Both the position numbers and the translations under genes were made by a program. Source: a candidate division WOR-3 bacterium (lineage in GTDB: Bacteria > Hydrothermota > Tepidihabitantia > Tepidihabitantales > Tepidihabitantaceae). From it: a DNA stretch of 64,000 nt. Location of the stretch: contig CBFGJV010000009.1 of the NCBI GenBank assembly GCA_965649205.1, forward strand, positions 18,661 through 82,660, read 5' to 3'. Positions 29,781 to 40,092 of the stretch are shown here, piece after piece. The number at the start of each line of letters is the position of its first letter. The first letter of the stretch is position 1. The notes below the pieces were generated by a model, which searched no databases, was not told the DNA's origin, and worked only from the letters and a program-made list of their open reading frames with translations.

Positions 29781-29837
29781 CTTGGTCTTCTTATGCTGCA
29801 TCCGGGTTTAATCAATACCCGCAAATACTACACAGCA

Positions 29838-29865
29838 TTGACAGTCAAACGCTATCCGATAGGCT
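29838..29865 (+). promoter_or_regulatory. Promoter TTGACA-16-TAGGCT for the cNMP-cmk operon
   Basis: Hexamers seen; AGGAGA SD follows. Confidence 0.55.
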
Positions 29866-29896
29866 AGACCTGACACGGGTAACTATAGGAGAAGCA

Positions 29897-30373
29897 ATGA
29901 ACGTAAAAGAATTCTTGCGTAATCTGGACGAGTTCGCTCGTCTAGGCGAAGAAGACCTGGACCGTCTGGCCGGAGCAGCCAGAGTTCGTCAAGCCAAAGC
30001 AGGCACCCTTATTGACGTCCAGGGCCAGCCTGCAGAGAAGTTCTATATTCTTCAAAGCGGACGGTATGCCGTAATTCTGGACGTGGACATAGGAGTGGCC
30101 AGACGCAGCTATATGGTTACAACGCTGGGACCAGGACAGATGTTCGGCTGGTCGGCTATGGTAGGCAATCCTACTTACACCGCCAGCGGCAAAGCGCTCA
30201 CCGATTGCACGGTACTTGAATTTGACGCCAAGGAACTCAACAATATGTTCGAAGACGACCCGCGCCTGGGATACGCGGTAATGAAGGGAGTAGCACGCAC
30301 TATTGCTTCCCGTTTGCGACATATGCAGCTGCAGTTAGTCCAGCAATACGCCGCAACCGAATCCGAGGAATAG
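29897..30373 (+). CDS. Stand-alone cyclic-nucleotide-binding domain protein (no HTH)
   Basis: F..L..EDL..L, QG...FYILQSG, LGPGQMFGWSAM...YTAS..A. Confidence 0.8.
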   Translation: MNVKEFLRNLDEFARLGEEDLDRLAGAARVRQAKAGTLIDVQGQPAEKFYILQSGRYAVILDVDIGVARRSYMVTTLGPGQMFGWSAMVGNPTYTASGKALTDCTVLEFDAKELNNMFEDDPRLGYAVMKGVARTIASRLRHMQLQLVQQYAATESEE

Positions 30374-30382
30374 AAACCTCAT

Positions 30383-31147
30383 ATGCTCCGAAAGCCCCAG
30401 AATCTCAAGTCGGCTTCTCCGGGGTTTATTATCGCCATAGATGGCCCCGCAGGCTCGGGCAAGACCACTACCGCCCGGCTGTGTGCGCAACGACTGGGCT
30501 TTCGGCATCTGGATACAGGCGCAATGTATCGGGCCGTCACCATCAAACTCCTGAAAAGCGGATTCCTGAAGAACAAAGGGAAGGGAATAAATCAGCGGGG
30601 TCTGAAACAACTCCTGCGGCACACCAGCGTAGACCTTACTTGGGGGAAAGGACAGGTCAGAGTAAAGTTGGATGGCAAAGACGTAACAACAGAAATTCGC
30701 TCGCCAGAAGTCAGTTCCTTTGTATCCGAGGTTTCCGCGCTTCCCGCTGTACGCAGAAAGTTGGTAGCTGAACAACGCCGGCTAGCTCAGGGAAAGAATC
30801 TGGTCTGCGAAGGTCGCGACATAGGCAGTGTGGTATTCCCTCAAGCCGACCTCAAGATATTCTTGGACTGCGACCTGAAAGCCCGAGCAGCTCGCAGGTT
30901 GGCAGAATTGGCTGTCCCTACAAAGTTATCCCAGGCTAACCGCCTCCCATCTCCACATGGTCTACGGGCCGTACTGAGCAATCTGAGCAAACGGGATAGA
31001 ATTGATTCCACCAGAAAAATGTCCCCTCTGCGCCGCGTAAAAGACGCCATACTCATAGACACTACCCATCTCACCATAGACGAACAGGTAGGCATAGTAT
31101 GCGACCTGACTTACAGAAAACTGGCGGAGGCACATCAAATCAGATGA
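30383..31147 (+). CDS. cmk: Cytidylate kinase
   Basis: IAIDGPAGSGKTT, LDTGAMYRA, EGRDIGSVVFP. Confidence 0.96.
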   Translation: MLRKPQNLKSASPGFIIAIDGPAGSGKTTTARLCAQRLGFRHLDTGAMYRAVTIKLLKSGFLKNKGKGINQRGLKQLLRHTSVDLTWGKGQVRVKLDGKDVTTEIRSPEVSSFVSEVSALPAVRRKLVAEQRRLAQGKNLVCEGRDIGSVVFPQADLKIFLDCDLKARAARRLAELAVPTKLSQANRLPSPHGLRAVLSNLSKRDRIDSTRKMSPLRRVKDAILIDTTHLTIDEQVGIVCDLTYRKLAEAHQIR

Positions 31148-31911
31148 AATTGCGCTGGCGCATAGCTTGGCTGGCGACTTATCCGTTTGCCCGCTTGTTC
31201 CTGCATCTGCAAGTACTCGGACGAGATAGACTTTGCAAAGGAGCACAGATTATTGCCGCCAACCATGTATCAAATGCCGACCCACTGATTCTGGGATGGG
31301 CAGCAGCACGGGAACTTCATTTCCTGGCCAAGGCCGAATTGTTTCAGGCCTCCCGCTTTTTTTCCTGGCTTATTCGCTCTTGGAATGCCTGGCCGGTACG
31401 CAGAGGCATGGCCGACCCTGCAGCTCTGAAACACTGCGAACAGATATTGCGAAGCGGAAACACGCTTGTTCTTTTCCCCGAAGGATCCCGGAGTCCCACC
31501 GGAGAAATCCGGCCCTTCAAGCCTGGAGTAGGTATGCTGGCCCTGAAAACGGGTGTGCCTGTTGTGCCTGCTCTTATATCCGGACTGGAGCACTCCTGGG
31601 TTTCCTATCTCGCTGACAAGGACTTCGTGCGCAAAGGATTCCGCCGTCGGCCCCATGGATGTTCCCCTATAAGGGTTTTCTTCGATGAACCGCTGCACCC
31701 GGAAACAATCCGCAACGCCCTTGCTCTCCAATCTGATGTCCGCAGCGACAGACAAATAAAAGGGCATTCAATTCCCTACGACCGCACCGCCTACGAAACA
31801 TTGACTCAGCAGGTGGAAAGCAGAATCCGAAACATGACCGCCAAACTGAAAGCCCAAAACGGTATGGCGGATATATCCTGCTCTCCCTGCAAACACAAGA
31901 CAGCCGAATGA
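31144..31911 (+). CDS. plsC: 1-acyl-sn-glycerol-3-phosphate acyltransferase
   Basis: NHVSNAD, FLAKAELF, FPEGSRS; ATGA overlap with cmk. Confidence 0.9.
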   Translation: MKLRWRIAWLATYPFARLFLHLQVLGRDRLCKGAQIIAANHVSNADPLILGWAAARELHFLAKAELFQASRFFSWLIRSWNAWPVRRGMADPAALKHCEQILRSGNTLVLFPEGSRSPTGEIRPFKPGVGMLALKTGVPVVPALISGLEHSWVSYLADKDFVRKGFRRRPHGCSPIRVFFDEPLHPETIRNALALQSDVRSDRQIKGHSIPYDRTAYETLTQQVESRIRNMTAKLKAQNGMADISCSPCKHKTAE

Positions 31912-32810
31912 CCAGCCGTAAAGGACGAGCCCGACAGCCGCGAGTCATCGTGGCCCGACCCACCGGTTTCTGCTTCGGGGTAGAACGGGCAATCAGACTG
32001 GCAAAACAGGGAAAAGAACGTTATGGCCGTGTATGCACACTGGGCGAACTAGTGCACAATCCCCAAGTCCTGGCGGAGCTGGAAAGAGAGGGTATACACG
32101 CGGTCCGAAAACCCGAAGATGCTGAAGGTAGCGCACTGGTCATCAGAGCCCACGGTTGCCCTCCGGCTATCCTAAAACGATGTGAACGTCTGCAGTTACG
32201 CCTGATCGACGCCACCTGCCCCTATGTCAGAAAAGTGCAGAATGTAGTCCGCGACCTGCGCCAGGATGGTTACGCTGTCGTGGTCGTGGGCGAACGGAAC
32301 CATCCGGAGGTCCGCGCCATACTGGGTCACGGTGGAAACAAGGCTCGGGTCTATTCGCCCCGCATGCGGCGCCTACCTGGCCGCAAAGTAGGCGTAGTTT
32401 GTCAGACTACCCTTTCCAGAAGACAGCTGGAAGAAGCTGTTGCCAATCTCGGTCGCTTACGCTATACTGAACTCCGTTTCTTCGACACCATCTGCGGGGA
32501 GGTAATTTCCCGCCAGGGTGCAGCGGAACGCGTAGCCCGCGAAACAGACCTGGTTATAGTCGTGGGCGGTCGCAATAGCGCCAATACCTCGCGTCTGGCA
32601 GACATTGTCCGGGCGGCAGGCACACAGATGGTTTTCGTAGAAAACGCCCAGGAGCTGATGACTGACATACTACGAGGTGTAACCAGAATTGGCGTTGTAG
32701 GTGGTTCCAGCACACCCGCTTGGGTGGTAGAGGAAGTGGTAAGATTTATTCATAATTCCGGTACTGTCCTGAAGGACAGACCGTATAAGGAGGACCGTAG
32801 TAATGACTGA
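31908..32810 (+). CDS. ispH: 4-hydroxy-3-methylbut-2-enyl diphosphate reductase
   Basis: GFCFGV, VHN, DATCP, HPEV, QTT, TIC, SANT. Confidence 0.95.
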   Translation: MTSRKGRARQPRVIVARPTGFCFGVERAIRLAKQGKERYGRVCTLGELVHNPQVLAELEREGIHAVRKPEDAEGSALVIRAHGCPPAILKRCERLQLRLIDATCPYVRKVQNVVRDLRQDGYAVVVVGERNHPEVRAILGHGGNKARVYSPRMRRLPGRKVGVVCQTTLSRRQLEEAVANLGRLRYTELRFFDTICGEVISRQGAAERVARETDLVIVVGGRNSANTSRLADIVRAAGTQMVFVENAQELMTDILRGVTRIGVVGGSSTPAWVVEEVVRFIHNSGTVLKDRPYKEDRSND

Positions 32811-34698
32811 CGAAAAACAAACCGCGGCACAGCCCGAAGATAACGCCGCACCTGCTGCATCTGAGGCAGGCACCGACAACGGATTGCCTAAGTCTGAGCA
32901 TGAGCATCAGGCTGATACTCCGGTGGTAACTCCAGATTCTGAACCGACCGCGACCCCGGATGAAAGCCTGGCAGTGCCGCCCCAACCCGGCACGCGACCA
33001 GACATAGAAACACGACCTAAAACGGCAGGAAAGACGATGGCCGACATTTACGATTCGTCTTTTCCCTCTTTGCGGGTAGGCGAGATCGTAACCGGCCGCG
33101 TCATAAAAAAACTGCCCAATGCGGTACTAGTTGATCTGGGTCTCAAAGCCGAGGGCATTCTCCCCCTCGAGGAATTCCGTAATCCCGACGAAGTTTACGA
33201 AGGTCAGGAAATCAAAGTCTGCCTTGACGCACTGGAAGACGCCGAAGGCTTCCCCGCTATTTCAAAACGCAAAGCCGACTTTCAACTGGCTTGGGAGCAG
33301 ATAAAGCAAAAATCGGAAAGCGCGGAAGGTGTTACTGCCACCGTAGTCAAACGGGTCAAAGGCGGACTGGCGGTGGAGATAATGGGGCTGGATGCATTCT
33401 TGCCTGGTTCCCAGGTGGACCTGCGGCCTGTTCCGAACCTGGATGTATTCTTGGGCAAGCAGATAGAAGTCAAAATCATCTCCGTAAACTGGTTCAAAAA
33501 GAATATCGTCGTATCGCGCCGGGTGCTGTTGGAAGAACGTCAGGAACAGGCAAGACGCGAGCTGTTCTCCCGCCTAACAGTTGGCGACGTAGTCACAGGA
33601 ACTGTAAAAACCATCACCGATTTCGGCGCCTTCGTTGACATCGGTGGCGTTGATGCACTCCTGCATATCTCCGACCTTGCTTGGAACAAGGTAATCCATC
33701 CCAAAGAAGTAGTGAATGTGGGCGACGAACTGAAGGTTAAAGTGCTTTCCGCAGACCCGGGAAGCGGACGTATAACCGTCGGCTTGAAACAGATGACTCC
33801 GCATCCTTGGGAGAGAGTCGAAGAGAAGTATCCCATCGGGGCAAGGATAAAGGGAAGAGTGACAACGCTCGCCGAATATGGAGCCTTTGTGGAATTGGAA
33901 AAGGGCATCGAGGGGCTGATTCATATATCCGAAATGTCCTGGACGAAATCGCTCCAACATCCTTCCCAGATACTTTCTGTAGATCAGGAAGTGGAGGCGG
34001 TAGTTCTGAACATAGACAAAGAGAATCGACGTATCTCCCTTGGCCTCAAACAGACTATGCCTGACCCCTGGTCTCTGATAGACGAAAAATACCACGTTGG
34101 ACAACGCGTAGTCGGCAAGGTGACGGCCTTGAAAGACTTTGGGGCATTTGTAGAAATTGAAGAAGGTATCGAAGGTCTCATACACAATGCCGATATATCC
34201 TGGACTAAGCGCATAAAGCATCCTCGCGAAGAACTGAAACGCGGCCAAACAGTGGAAACTATCATCCTCGGCATCGACAAGGAAAACCGCAGAATAACGC
34301 TCGGACTGAAGCAAACCCAGGAAGACCCGTTCTACAGAATCAGCAAGGAACTTAAGGAAGGCGACGTCGTTTGTGCCCGCATCGTGGACATTCCCAAACC
34401 TGGACTGGTAGTCAGCCTGCAATACGGCATAGAAGGCTTTGTGCCAGCCAGCCAACTTCTGCGGGAAGGGAAGAAAATCAAGGAAACTTATCAAATAGGC
34501 GAAGAACTGGAACTCAAGATAATAAAGATTGACCTGAATTGCCGTCGCATCACCCTGTCTGAGCGCGCCCTCCATGAACAGGTAGAAACCCAGGAAGATA
34601 CCGAGTACGACGTCCAACAGGAAGAAGAACCCACAGACAGATTTACGCTTGAAGACCACATACGCCATATGGAAGACGAAGAACAGTCAGATTTCTAG
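32803..34698 (+). CDS. rpsA: 30S ribosomal protein S1 (six S1 domains, acidic N-terminal extension)
   Basis: AFLPGSQVD, FGAFVDIGG, repeated EGLIH..S.W; AAGGAGG SD. Confidence 0.97.
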   Translation: MTDEKQTAAQPEDNAAPAASEAGTDNGLPKSEHEHQADTPVVTPDSEPTATPDESLAVPPQPGTRPDIETRPKTAGKTMADIYDSSFPSLRVGEIVTGRVIKKLPNAVLVDLGLKAEGILPLEEFRNPDEVYEGQEIKVCLDALEDAEGFPAISKRKADFQLAWEQIKQKSESAEGVTATVVKRVKGGLAVEIMGLDAFLPGSQVDLRPVPNLDVFLGKQIEVKIISVNWFKKNIVVSRRVLLEERQEQARRELFSRLTVGDVVTGTVKTITDFGAFVDIGGVDALLHISDLAWNKVIHPKEVVNVGDELKVKVLSADPGSGRITVGLKQMTPHPWERVEEKYPIGARIKGRVTTLAEYGAFVELEKGIEGLIHISEMSWTKSLQHPSQILSVDQEVEAVVLNIDKENRRISLGLKQTMPDPWSLIDEKYHVGQRVVGKVTALKDFGAFVEIEEGIEGLIHNADISWTKRIKHPREELKRGQTVETIILGIDKENRRITLGLKQTQEDPFYRISKELKEGDVVCARIVDIPKPGLVVSLQYGIEGFVPASQLLREGKKIKETYQIGEELELKIIKIDLNCRRITLSERALHEQVETQEDTEYDVQQEEEPTDRFTLEDHIRHMEDEEQSDF

Positions 34699-35958
34699 AT
34701 GTCCATCACAGCTTCCGGCCGACCAATTCGCAGGGCGGCGGTCATAACCATCGGCTGTAGACTCAACCAGGCCGAAAGCGACATACTGCGAGGTCGTCTG
34801 CGCCATGCCGGTTGGCTTCTGGCTAACAACCCGGCCGAATCTGAAGTCTGCTACATCAACACATGCACTGTCACGGCTGCAGCCGACCGCTCTTCTCTGC
34901 AGATGATACACCGCATATGCCGACGGGAACCCAAACCTCAAGTGGTTGTGCTAGGCTGTCTGGCAGAAAGAGTTCCGGAAAAGTTACGTTCCCTCCCGGG
35001 CGTAGATGAGGTGTGGAGCCAGCGGCAAAAACAGAACGAATTGGCTGGCTTTCATCCTTTTCCCGCGCGCAGCCGTGCCCTCCTCAAAGTGCAGGATGGT
35101 TGTGATAGAAAATGTTCCTACTGCGTTGTGGCGGGACTGAGAGGTCAACCGCTTTCAATAGAAAGCCAAGAAATACTCGCCCGACTTGATCAACTGCTGG
35201 ACGAAGGATTCTGTGAAATCGTACTGACGGGCCTGAATCTGGGTCTGTACCGCGACAGTTCCGGAGCCGACCTCGCCGGTCTTCTCCGAACTGTATGCAA
35301 ACATCTGGACAAAAGGAGGAGCCCGGCCAGAATCAGACTTGGCTCTCTTGAACCGGATACCATGACAGAAGAGCTGATACACACCTGTGGAGAACCGCGC
35401 ATCGCTCCCCATTTTCATCTGGCCCTGCAGTCTGGTGACGACCGTGTCCTGGCAGCTGCCGGTCGCCGCTACCGTTGCGAGCATGTCCGCAAACTGGTGA
35501 AATCTCTGTACAAAGTCCGCCCGGATGCCAACCTCGGTCTGGACGTAATCGCCGGGCTGCCGCAAGAAGACGACGCGGCCTTTGCCCGAACGGTAGAATT
35601 CCTACAAGAATTGGCCCCCGGCTACCTGCATGTTTTCTCCTTTTCTCCTCGCCCGGGAACACCGGCAGCCCTGCGAAACGACATCGCGCCAGCAGGGGAA
35701 AAGAAAGAGCGAGTCCGCCTCCTGCGTCAGATAAGCGCAGAATTCAGGAAAGCCTACCAGGCTCGTTTCATCGGTAAGATACGTAGCGCAGTGGTCGAAT
35801 CCCGCACCAGTGCGCTCAGCGATAATTATCTGAAACTAACTCTGACCGGATTCTGCGCCGAACGAAAAAGCCTGATAGAGGTTCTGCTCTGCGCAGAACA
35901 GGGCCGCTTGATAGGACGACAGGCCAAGCCGGACACAAGCCACAAGGAGGTTGCGTGA
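34699..35958 (+). CDS. mtaB: MtaB-like radical SAM methylthiotransferase
   Basis: GCRLNQAES, NTCTVT, QDGCDRKCSYC, HVFSFSPRPGTPA. Confidence 0.88.
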   Translation: MSITASGRPIRRAAVITIGCRLNQAESDILRGRLRHAGWLLANNPAESEVCYINTCTVTAAADRSSLQMIHRICRREPKPQVVVLGCLAERVPEKLRSLPGVDEVWSQRQKQNELAGFHPFPARSRALLKVQDGCDRKCSYCVVAGLRGQPLSIESQEILARLDQLLDEGFCEIVLTGLNLGLYRDSSGADLAGLLRTVCKHLDKRRSPARIRLGSLEPDTMTEELIHTCGEPRIAPHFHLALQSGDDRVLAAAGRRYRCEHVRKLVKSLYKVRPDANLGLDVIAGLPQEDDAAFARTVEFLQELAPGYLHVFSFSPRPGTPAALRNDIAPAGEKKERVRLLRQISAEFRKAYQARFIGKIRSAVVESRTSALSDNYLKLTLTGFCAERKSLIEVLLCAEQGRLIGRQAKPDTSHKEVA

Positions 35959-36908
35959 ATCGCCGTCAACTGCTCCTCTGCCTGACCTTGGCTCTCACTG
36001 CCTGGGCAGCAGCCAAAGAATACAAAATAGGCTACATTGACTCAGAGGCTATAATCTCCCGCTACCAGGGTGCGATAGAAGCAAAGAAAGAGCTGGAGGC
36101 CGAAATCGAAAAATTCCGCCTTCAGGCAGAGTCTTTACGCACCGACTACGAAAAAGCTCTGGAAGAGTACAAGTCGCAGGAACTCACCCTCTCTGAAGAA
36201 GGCAAACGGGCTAAACAAGCAGACCTGGAACAGCGCAAGAAACGTTACGATGCGTTTCTGGAACAGGTTTATCGCGAAGGCGGCAAGATAGACCAGAAAA
36301 ACAAGGAATTGATCGCTCCAATTGTGGAACGTATCAATGCCACCGTCAATAAACTGGCCGCGGAAGAAGGGTATGCTCTGGTCCTGGATGCATCAAAGTC
36401 GGAAATAGTTTATGCCCAACCTGGACTGGACCTGACCGAGCTGGTAATAGCCGAACTGAATCGGGAATACGCCCCTACCACACAGACAGCAAAACGCAAG
36501 GCAGTCTATGTAATCACATTCCCCTACGAAACCAACGACGAAGCTAGGCAGGACAGAATCGGCTATCAGGTAAGGCAGTTTTGTTATGAGCTGGTCCGCG
36601 CCCAGCCCAACACCGATGTCCTGGGACTGGTGAAAGTGGACGAAATCGTACAGAGCCGGGGTTTTTCCGGTCGACTGCTGAACCAGCAGGAAGCAGTGGA
36701 AATCGGTCGAGCTCTGGATGCCAACTTCGTTTTCTTCGGCCAGTGTTCCAAGCAGGACCGCAAAATATCGTTTTCTCTCTCCCTGGTAGATGCAAAACTG
36801 GGCACGTTCGTAAGAACCGAAACAGGCGAAACAAACCGGATAGAGGATTTGCGAGAGCAGGTGGCGAGAGTGGTCCAGATTCTCATGACCAGTGCCAGTA
36901 ACCAGTAG
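35955..36908 (+). CDS. skp: Skp/OmpH periplasmic chaperone with an extra C-terminal ~140-aa alpha/beta domain
   Basis: Signal peptide, KIGYID, coiled coil, GYALVLD...DLT..V; then a domain containing AVEIGRALDANFVFFG...LVD. Confidence 0.8.
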   Translation: MNRRQLLLCLTLALTAWAAAKEYKIGYIDSEAIISRYQGAIEAKKELEAEIEKFRLQAESLRTDYEKALEEYKSQELTLSEEGKRAKQADLEQRKKRYDAFLEQVYREGGKIDQKNKELIAPIVERINATVNKLAAEEGYALVLDASKSEIVYAQPGLDLTELVIAELNREYAPTTQTAKRKAVYVITFPYETNDEARQDRIGYQVRQFCYELVRAQPNTDVLGLVKVDEIVQSRGFSGRLLNQQEAVEIGRALDANFVFFGQCSKQDRKISFSLSLVDAKLGTFVRTETGETNRIEDLREQVARVVQILMTSASNQ

Positions 36909-36916
36909 CTCGTACC

Positions 36917-37363
36917 ATGCACGAAGGTAAAACCCAAATAATGAATCGGGAAGAAATCAAACAGTTTCTGCCCCATCGCGAGCCATTTCTTTTCGTCGAT
37001 GCGGTTACGCGGTTAGAACCTAACAGCATAGAGGCATATCGTGACTGGCACCCCGAAGAATTCTTTTTTGCAGGACATTTTCCCGGCAATCCAGTGCTTC
37101 CCGGCGTACTGATGGTCGAAGCCATAGCCCAGACCGGTATCCTGCTTGTGCTTCTGCAACACGAAGAACGCAGAGGAAGAAATACCCTTTTCGCTGCTAT
37201 CGAAAAGGTACGTTTCCGGCGCATAGTCAGACCGGGCGAACGTCTGCTTCTGACCGCAGAGCTGCTGGGCGGCAAGGCAGGCGTATACAAAATTCATGGC
37301 ACTGCTGCAGTCAACACCGAACTTGCCTGTGAAGCAACCGTGACCGGAGCATTGCGAGACTGA
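36917..37363 (+). CDS. fabZ: 3-hydroxyacyl-ACP dehydratase
   Basis: LPHREPFLFVD, GHFPGNPVLPGVLMVEAIAQ, FRRIVRPG; start may be ATG 36941. Confidence 0.94.
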   Translation: MHEGKTQIMNREEIKQFLPHREPFLFVDAVTRLEPNSIEAYRDWHPEEFFFAGHFPGNPVLPGVLMVEAIAQTGILLVLLQHEERRGRNTLFAAIEKVRFRRIVRPGERLLLTAELLGGKAGVYKIHGTAAVNTELACEATVTGALRD

Positions 37364-37385
37364 CCCATATCTGATTCAGCACGCC

Positions 37386-38684
37386 TTGAACTACGCTCAG
37401 GCACTAGAATTCCTCGAACAACTTGTCAACTACGAAAAAAAGCCCGCTCCCAGGACAGAATTCAAACTGGAGAATATCCGCCAGCTGCTGCACTCTGCCG
37501 GCGACCCTCAGAAGAAACTTAAGAATGTGGTGCTCGTCGCTGGAACCAAGGGCAAGGGGTCAGTCTGTTACATGCTGGAGGCGGCTCTGCGAGGATGCGG
37601 ATTGCACACCGGCCTTTTCGTCTCGCCTCACGTACTCACCGTGCGGGAAAGAATACAACTGGCCGGCAGTCCTATCTCCCCGCAACAATTTGCTTCCTTA
37701 GTGGAACATTTTCGCCCTTTGGTCAAGCAGACCAGCGTGAGCTACTTTGAACTGACCACAGCCATGGCTTTTGAGCTATTTGCGCAGACGCAACCTGATT
37801 ATACCATTCTGGAAGTTGGACTCGGCGGCAGACTGGACGCCACCAATGTGTCTGAACCGGACGTATCGGTAATAACGCGCATCGGACTGGACCACGTGCA
37901 GGTACTGGGTAACTCCATCCGCAAAATCGCCCGGGAAAAAGCTGGGATTATGAGAGCACAGAAACCAGCTATCATCGCCGCCCAGGCACCTGCCGCTGCT
38001 CAGGAACTTCGTCTCTGCGCGCGCAAAGTCGGCTCCGAAATCATCACCGCAACCGAACAGGTCCGCATCTGGGATGTTGAACCCGAAGGCAATGGCATCA
38101 GTTTTTCCCTGCTGTCACCCCTGGGAGCCTGTCGCCTGACGCTGCCGCTACTAGGAAAGCACCAGGTGGAAAACTGTGCAACCGTACTGGCTACACTGGC
38201 AACCCTGGCTCGCGGCGACAAACGTATCAAGTTGGAAGGAGTGGTGGCCGGCCTAACCAAAGTGCAGATTCCTGCTCGTTGCCAGATAGTCCAACAGGAA
38301 CCCACTATGATAGTTGACTCCTGCCACAATCCTGATTCCGGCCGCGCTCTGGCAGAAGTCATAGCCTCCTACTTCCGTCGCAAAGTCATCTTAGTCTTCG
38401 GCTCCCTGCGCGGCAAGCTGGTAACAAAAACCGTCGCCCCTCTCGCTCCTTGGACCGAACAGGCGGTACTGGTGCAACCCTGCTCCCCCCGGGCAGAGCA
38501 ATTGTCTGTTCTCAAACAGGTATTCAGCCGCCTGGGCATTAAACATGTGACTGCTCCGGCCATCCCCCTTGCGCTTGAAACCGCCGAGTCGCTCTCCCAG
38601 GGAGAAATACCGATTGTGGTGGCTGGTTCCTTTTACCTTGCCGGTGAAGTGCTGTCTGCACTAGGACATTCTCCACCCGAATGA
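37386..38684 (+). CDS. folC: Folylpolyglutamate/dihydrofolate synthase
   Basis: VAGTKGKGS, SPH...RERI, EVGLGGRLDATN, DH...LG, EKAGI, GSFYLAGE. Confidence 0.93.
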   Translation: MNYAQALEFLEQLVNYEKKPAPRTEFKLENIRQLLHSAGDPQKKLKNVVLVAGTKGKGSVCYMLEAALRGCGLHTGLFVSPHVLTVRERIQLAGSPISPQQFASLVEHFRPLVKQTSVSYFELTTAMAFELFAQTQPDYTILEVGLGGRLDATNVSEPDVSVITRIGLDHVQVLGNSIRKIAREKAGIMRAQKPAIIAAQAPAAAQELRLCARKVGSEIITATEQVRIWDVEPEGNGISFSLLSPLGACRLTLPLLGKHQVENCATVLATLATLARGDKRIKLEGVVAGLTKVQIPARCQIVQQEPTMIVDSCHNPDSGRALAEVIASYFRRKVILVFGSLRGKLVTKTVAPLAPWTEQAVLVQPCSPRAEQLSVLKQVFSRLGIKHVTAPAIPLALETAESLSQGEIPIVVAGSFYLAGEVLSALGHSPPE

Positions 38685-38775
38685 CACCCCTACAAATACG
38701 TCGAACTGATTCCCTGACTTATGCTGATATATCAAGATATTGCAACCTGGCTGCTCCTGCTTATTATTTAGCCCC

Positions 38776-40092
38776 ATGACTGACCAAACTGATTCCCGCG
38801 GCCCCTTGCCACCGTTTCGCGGCTGGCAACCGCACCTCCGCACCAATCCGCCTAATCCCCTCCGACCGCTCCTGCTTGCTGGCGCTGTTATTCTGGTTGT
38901 TACTGCCCTTGTAGTTCTCTTCGTTCTGCTTGCCCTCCCCCGGCCTGTGCCGAAAAAACCTGTACCCGAGGCACAACCGGTGACAGCCGAATCTTCCCGC
39001 AGCTTTGCCGTGGCGCCGGGAGAAGTAATGCCCCAGCTGCTACGTCGTGCCGGACTGCTCGAACCCGCTGCTGGCCATATTATTCAGGCTCTACAACTCG
39101 CCGATTTCAACTTCCGCCGCATGAAGCCCGGTGATTCGCTTGTTCTGTTCTTCCGCAACGATACGCTCTTCCGCGTACACTACCGGCAGGGCTACGAAAA
39201 GATTTACCGAATAGACCTGGACTCTGCCGGCTACCGCGTCTCAATACCTCTACGCTTCATCACCACCGTTCAAGACACTCTGCTCGGAGCAATCAAATCC
39301 AGTCTTTATGAGTCAATGACAGCCTTGGGCGAACGACCGGCCCTGGTCGCAGATTATACGGACATATTCGGGTGGGAACTTGACTTCTTCTCCGAAGTCC
39401 AGGAAGGCGATTCCTTTGCCATACTCTTTGAGCGCCGTCTGGCAGACTCCGCTTTTGTAGGCTACGGTCCCATTCTTGCTGCCCGCTACAAAGGCCAGGT
39501 GGGCGACCTTTGGGGATTCCGCTTCACTGATCCGGAAGGCCGCACCGACTATTACAACCCTGAGGGCCAATGTCTGCGCAAGACATCCCTCAAATCTCCG
39601 CTGCAGTTTTCCCGCATCAGCTCGTTTTTCGGGCGTCGTTTCCACCCTATCCGTCGCATCCCGGCCCAACACCAGGGTATAGATTACGCAGCACCCAAAG
39701 GTACCCCTGTCAGCTGCGTAGCCGATGGCCGCATCAGCTCTGTTGGCTGGTCCGGCGGCTACGGCCGGCTGGTAGTAGTCACCCACGCCGGTGGGTTTGA
39801 AACCCGCTACGGACATCTATCCGGATTTGCTAAAGGTGTAAAAGCAGGTGCATCGGTAAAACAAGGACAACTAATCGGCTATGTAGGCTCTACCGGCATG
39901 TCCACAGGTCCACACCTGCACTACGAAGTCAGAAAATCCGGTTCTCCGGTAAATCCTCTACGTCTGGACCCGCCACGCCACGAGCCGGTGAAACCTGCCT
40001 TCTTCAATTCTTTCCGCGCTGTGGTCGACTCACTCCGTCCTGCCCTGACCCTGTCCGTGCCGCCGCCACCACCAGACCCAACACCTCACTAG
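38776..40092 (+). CDS. Second M23-family peptidoglycan endopeptidase (paralog of 25163)
   Basis: HQGIDYAA, YGHLS, STGPHLHYE; TTGCAA-16-TATTAT ends 8 nt before the ATG. Confidence 0.9.
   Translation: MTDQTDSRGPLPPFRGWQPHLRTNPPNPLRPLLLAGAVILVVTALVVLFVLLALPRPVPKKPVPEAQPVTAESSRSFAVAPGEVMPQLLRRAGLLEPAAGHIIQALQLADFNFRRMKPGDSLVLFFRNDTLFRVHYRQGYEKIYRIDLDSAGYRVSIPLRFITTVQDTLLGAIKSSLYESMTALGERPALVADYTDIFGWELDFFSEVQEGDSFAILFERRLADSAFVGYGPILAARYKGQVGDLWGFRFTDPEGRTDYYNPEGQCLRKTSLKSPLQFSRISSFFGRRFHPIRRIPAQHQGIDYAAPKGTPVSCVADGRISSVGWSGGYGRLVVVTHAGGFETRYGHLSGFAKGVKAGASVKQGQLIGYVGSTGMSTGPHLHYEVRKSGSPVNPLRLDPPRHEPVKPAFFNSFRAVVDSLRPALTLSVPPPPPDPTPH

Noticed and set aside
40004-40092. 89-bp convergent overlap of M23 and comF
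   Set aside because: Both tails are low-complexity and lie outside the conserved domains; ordinary stop-codon drift.
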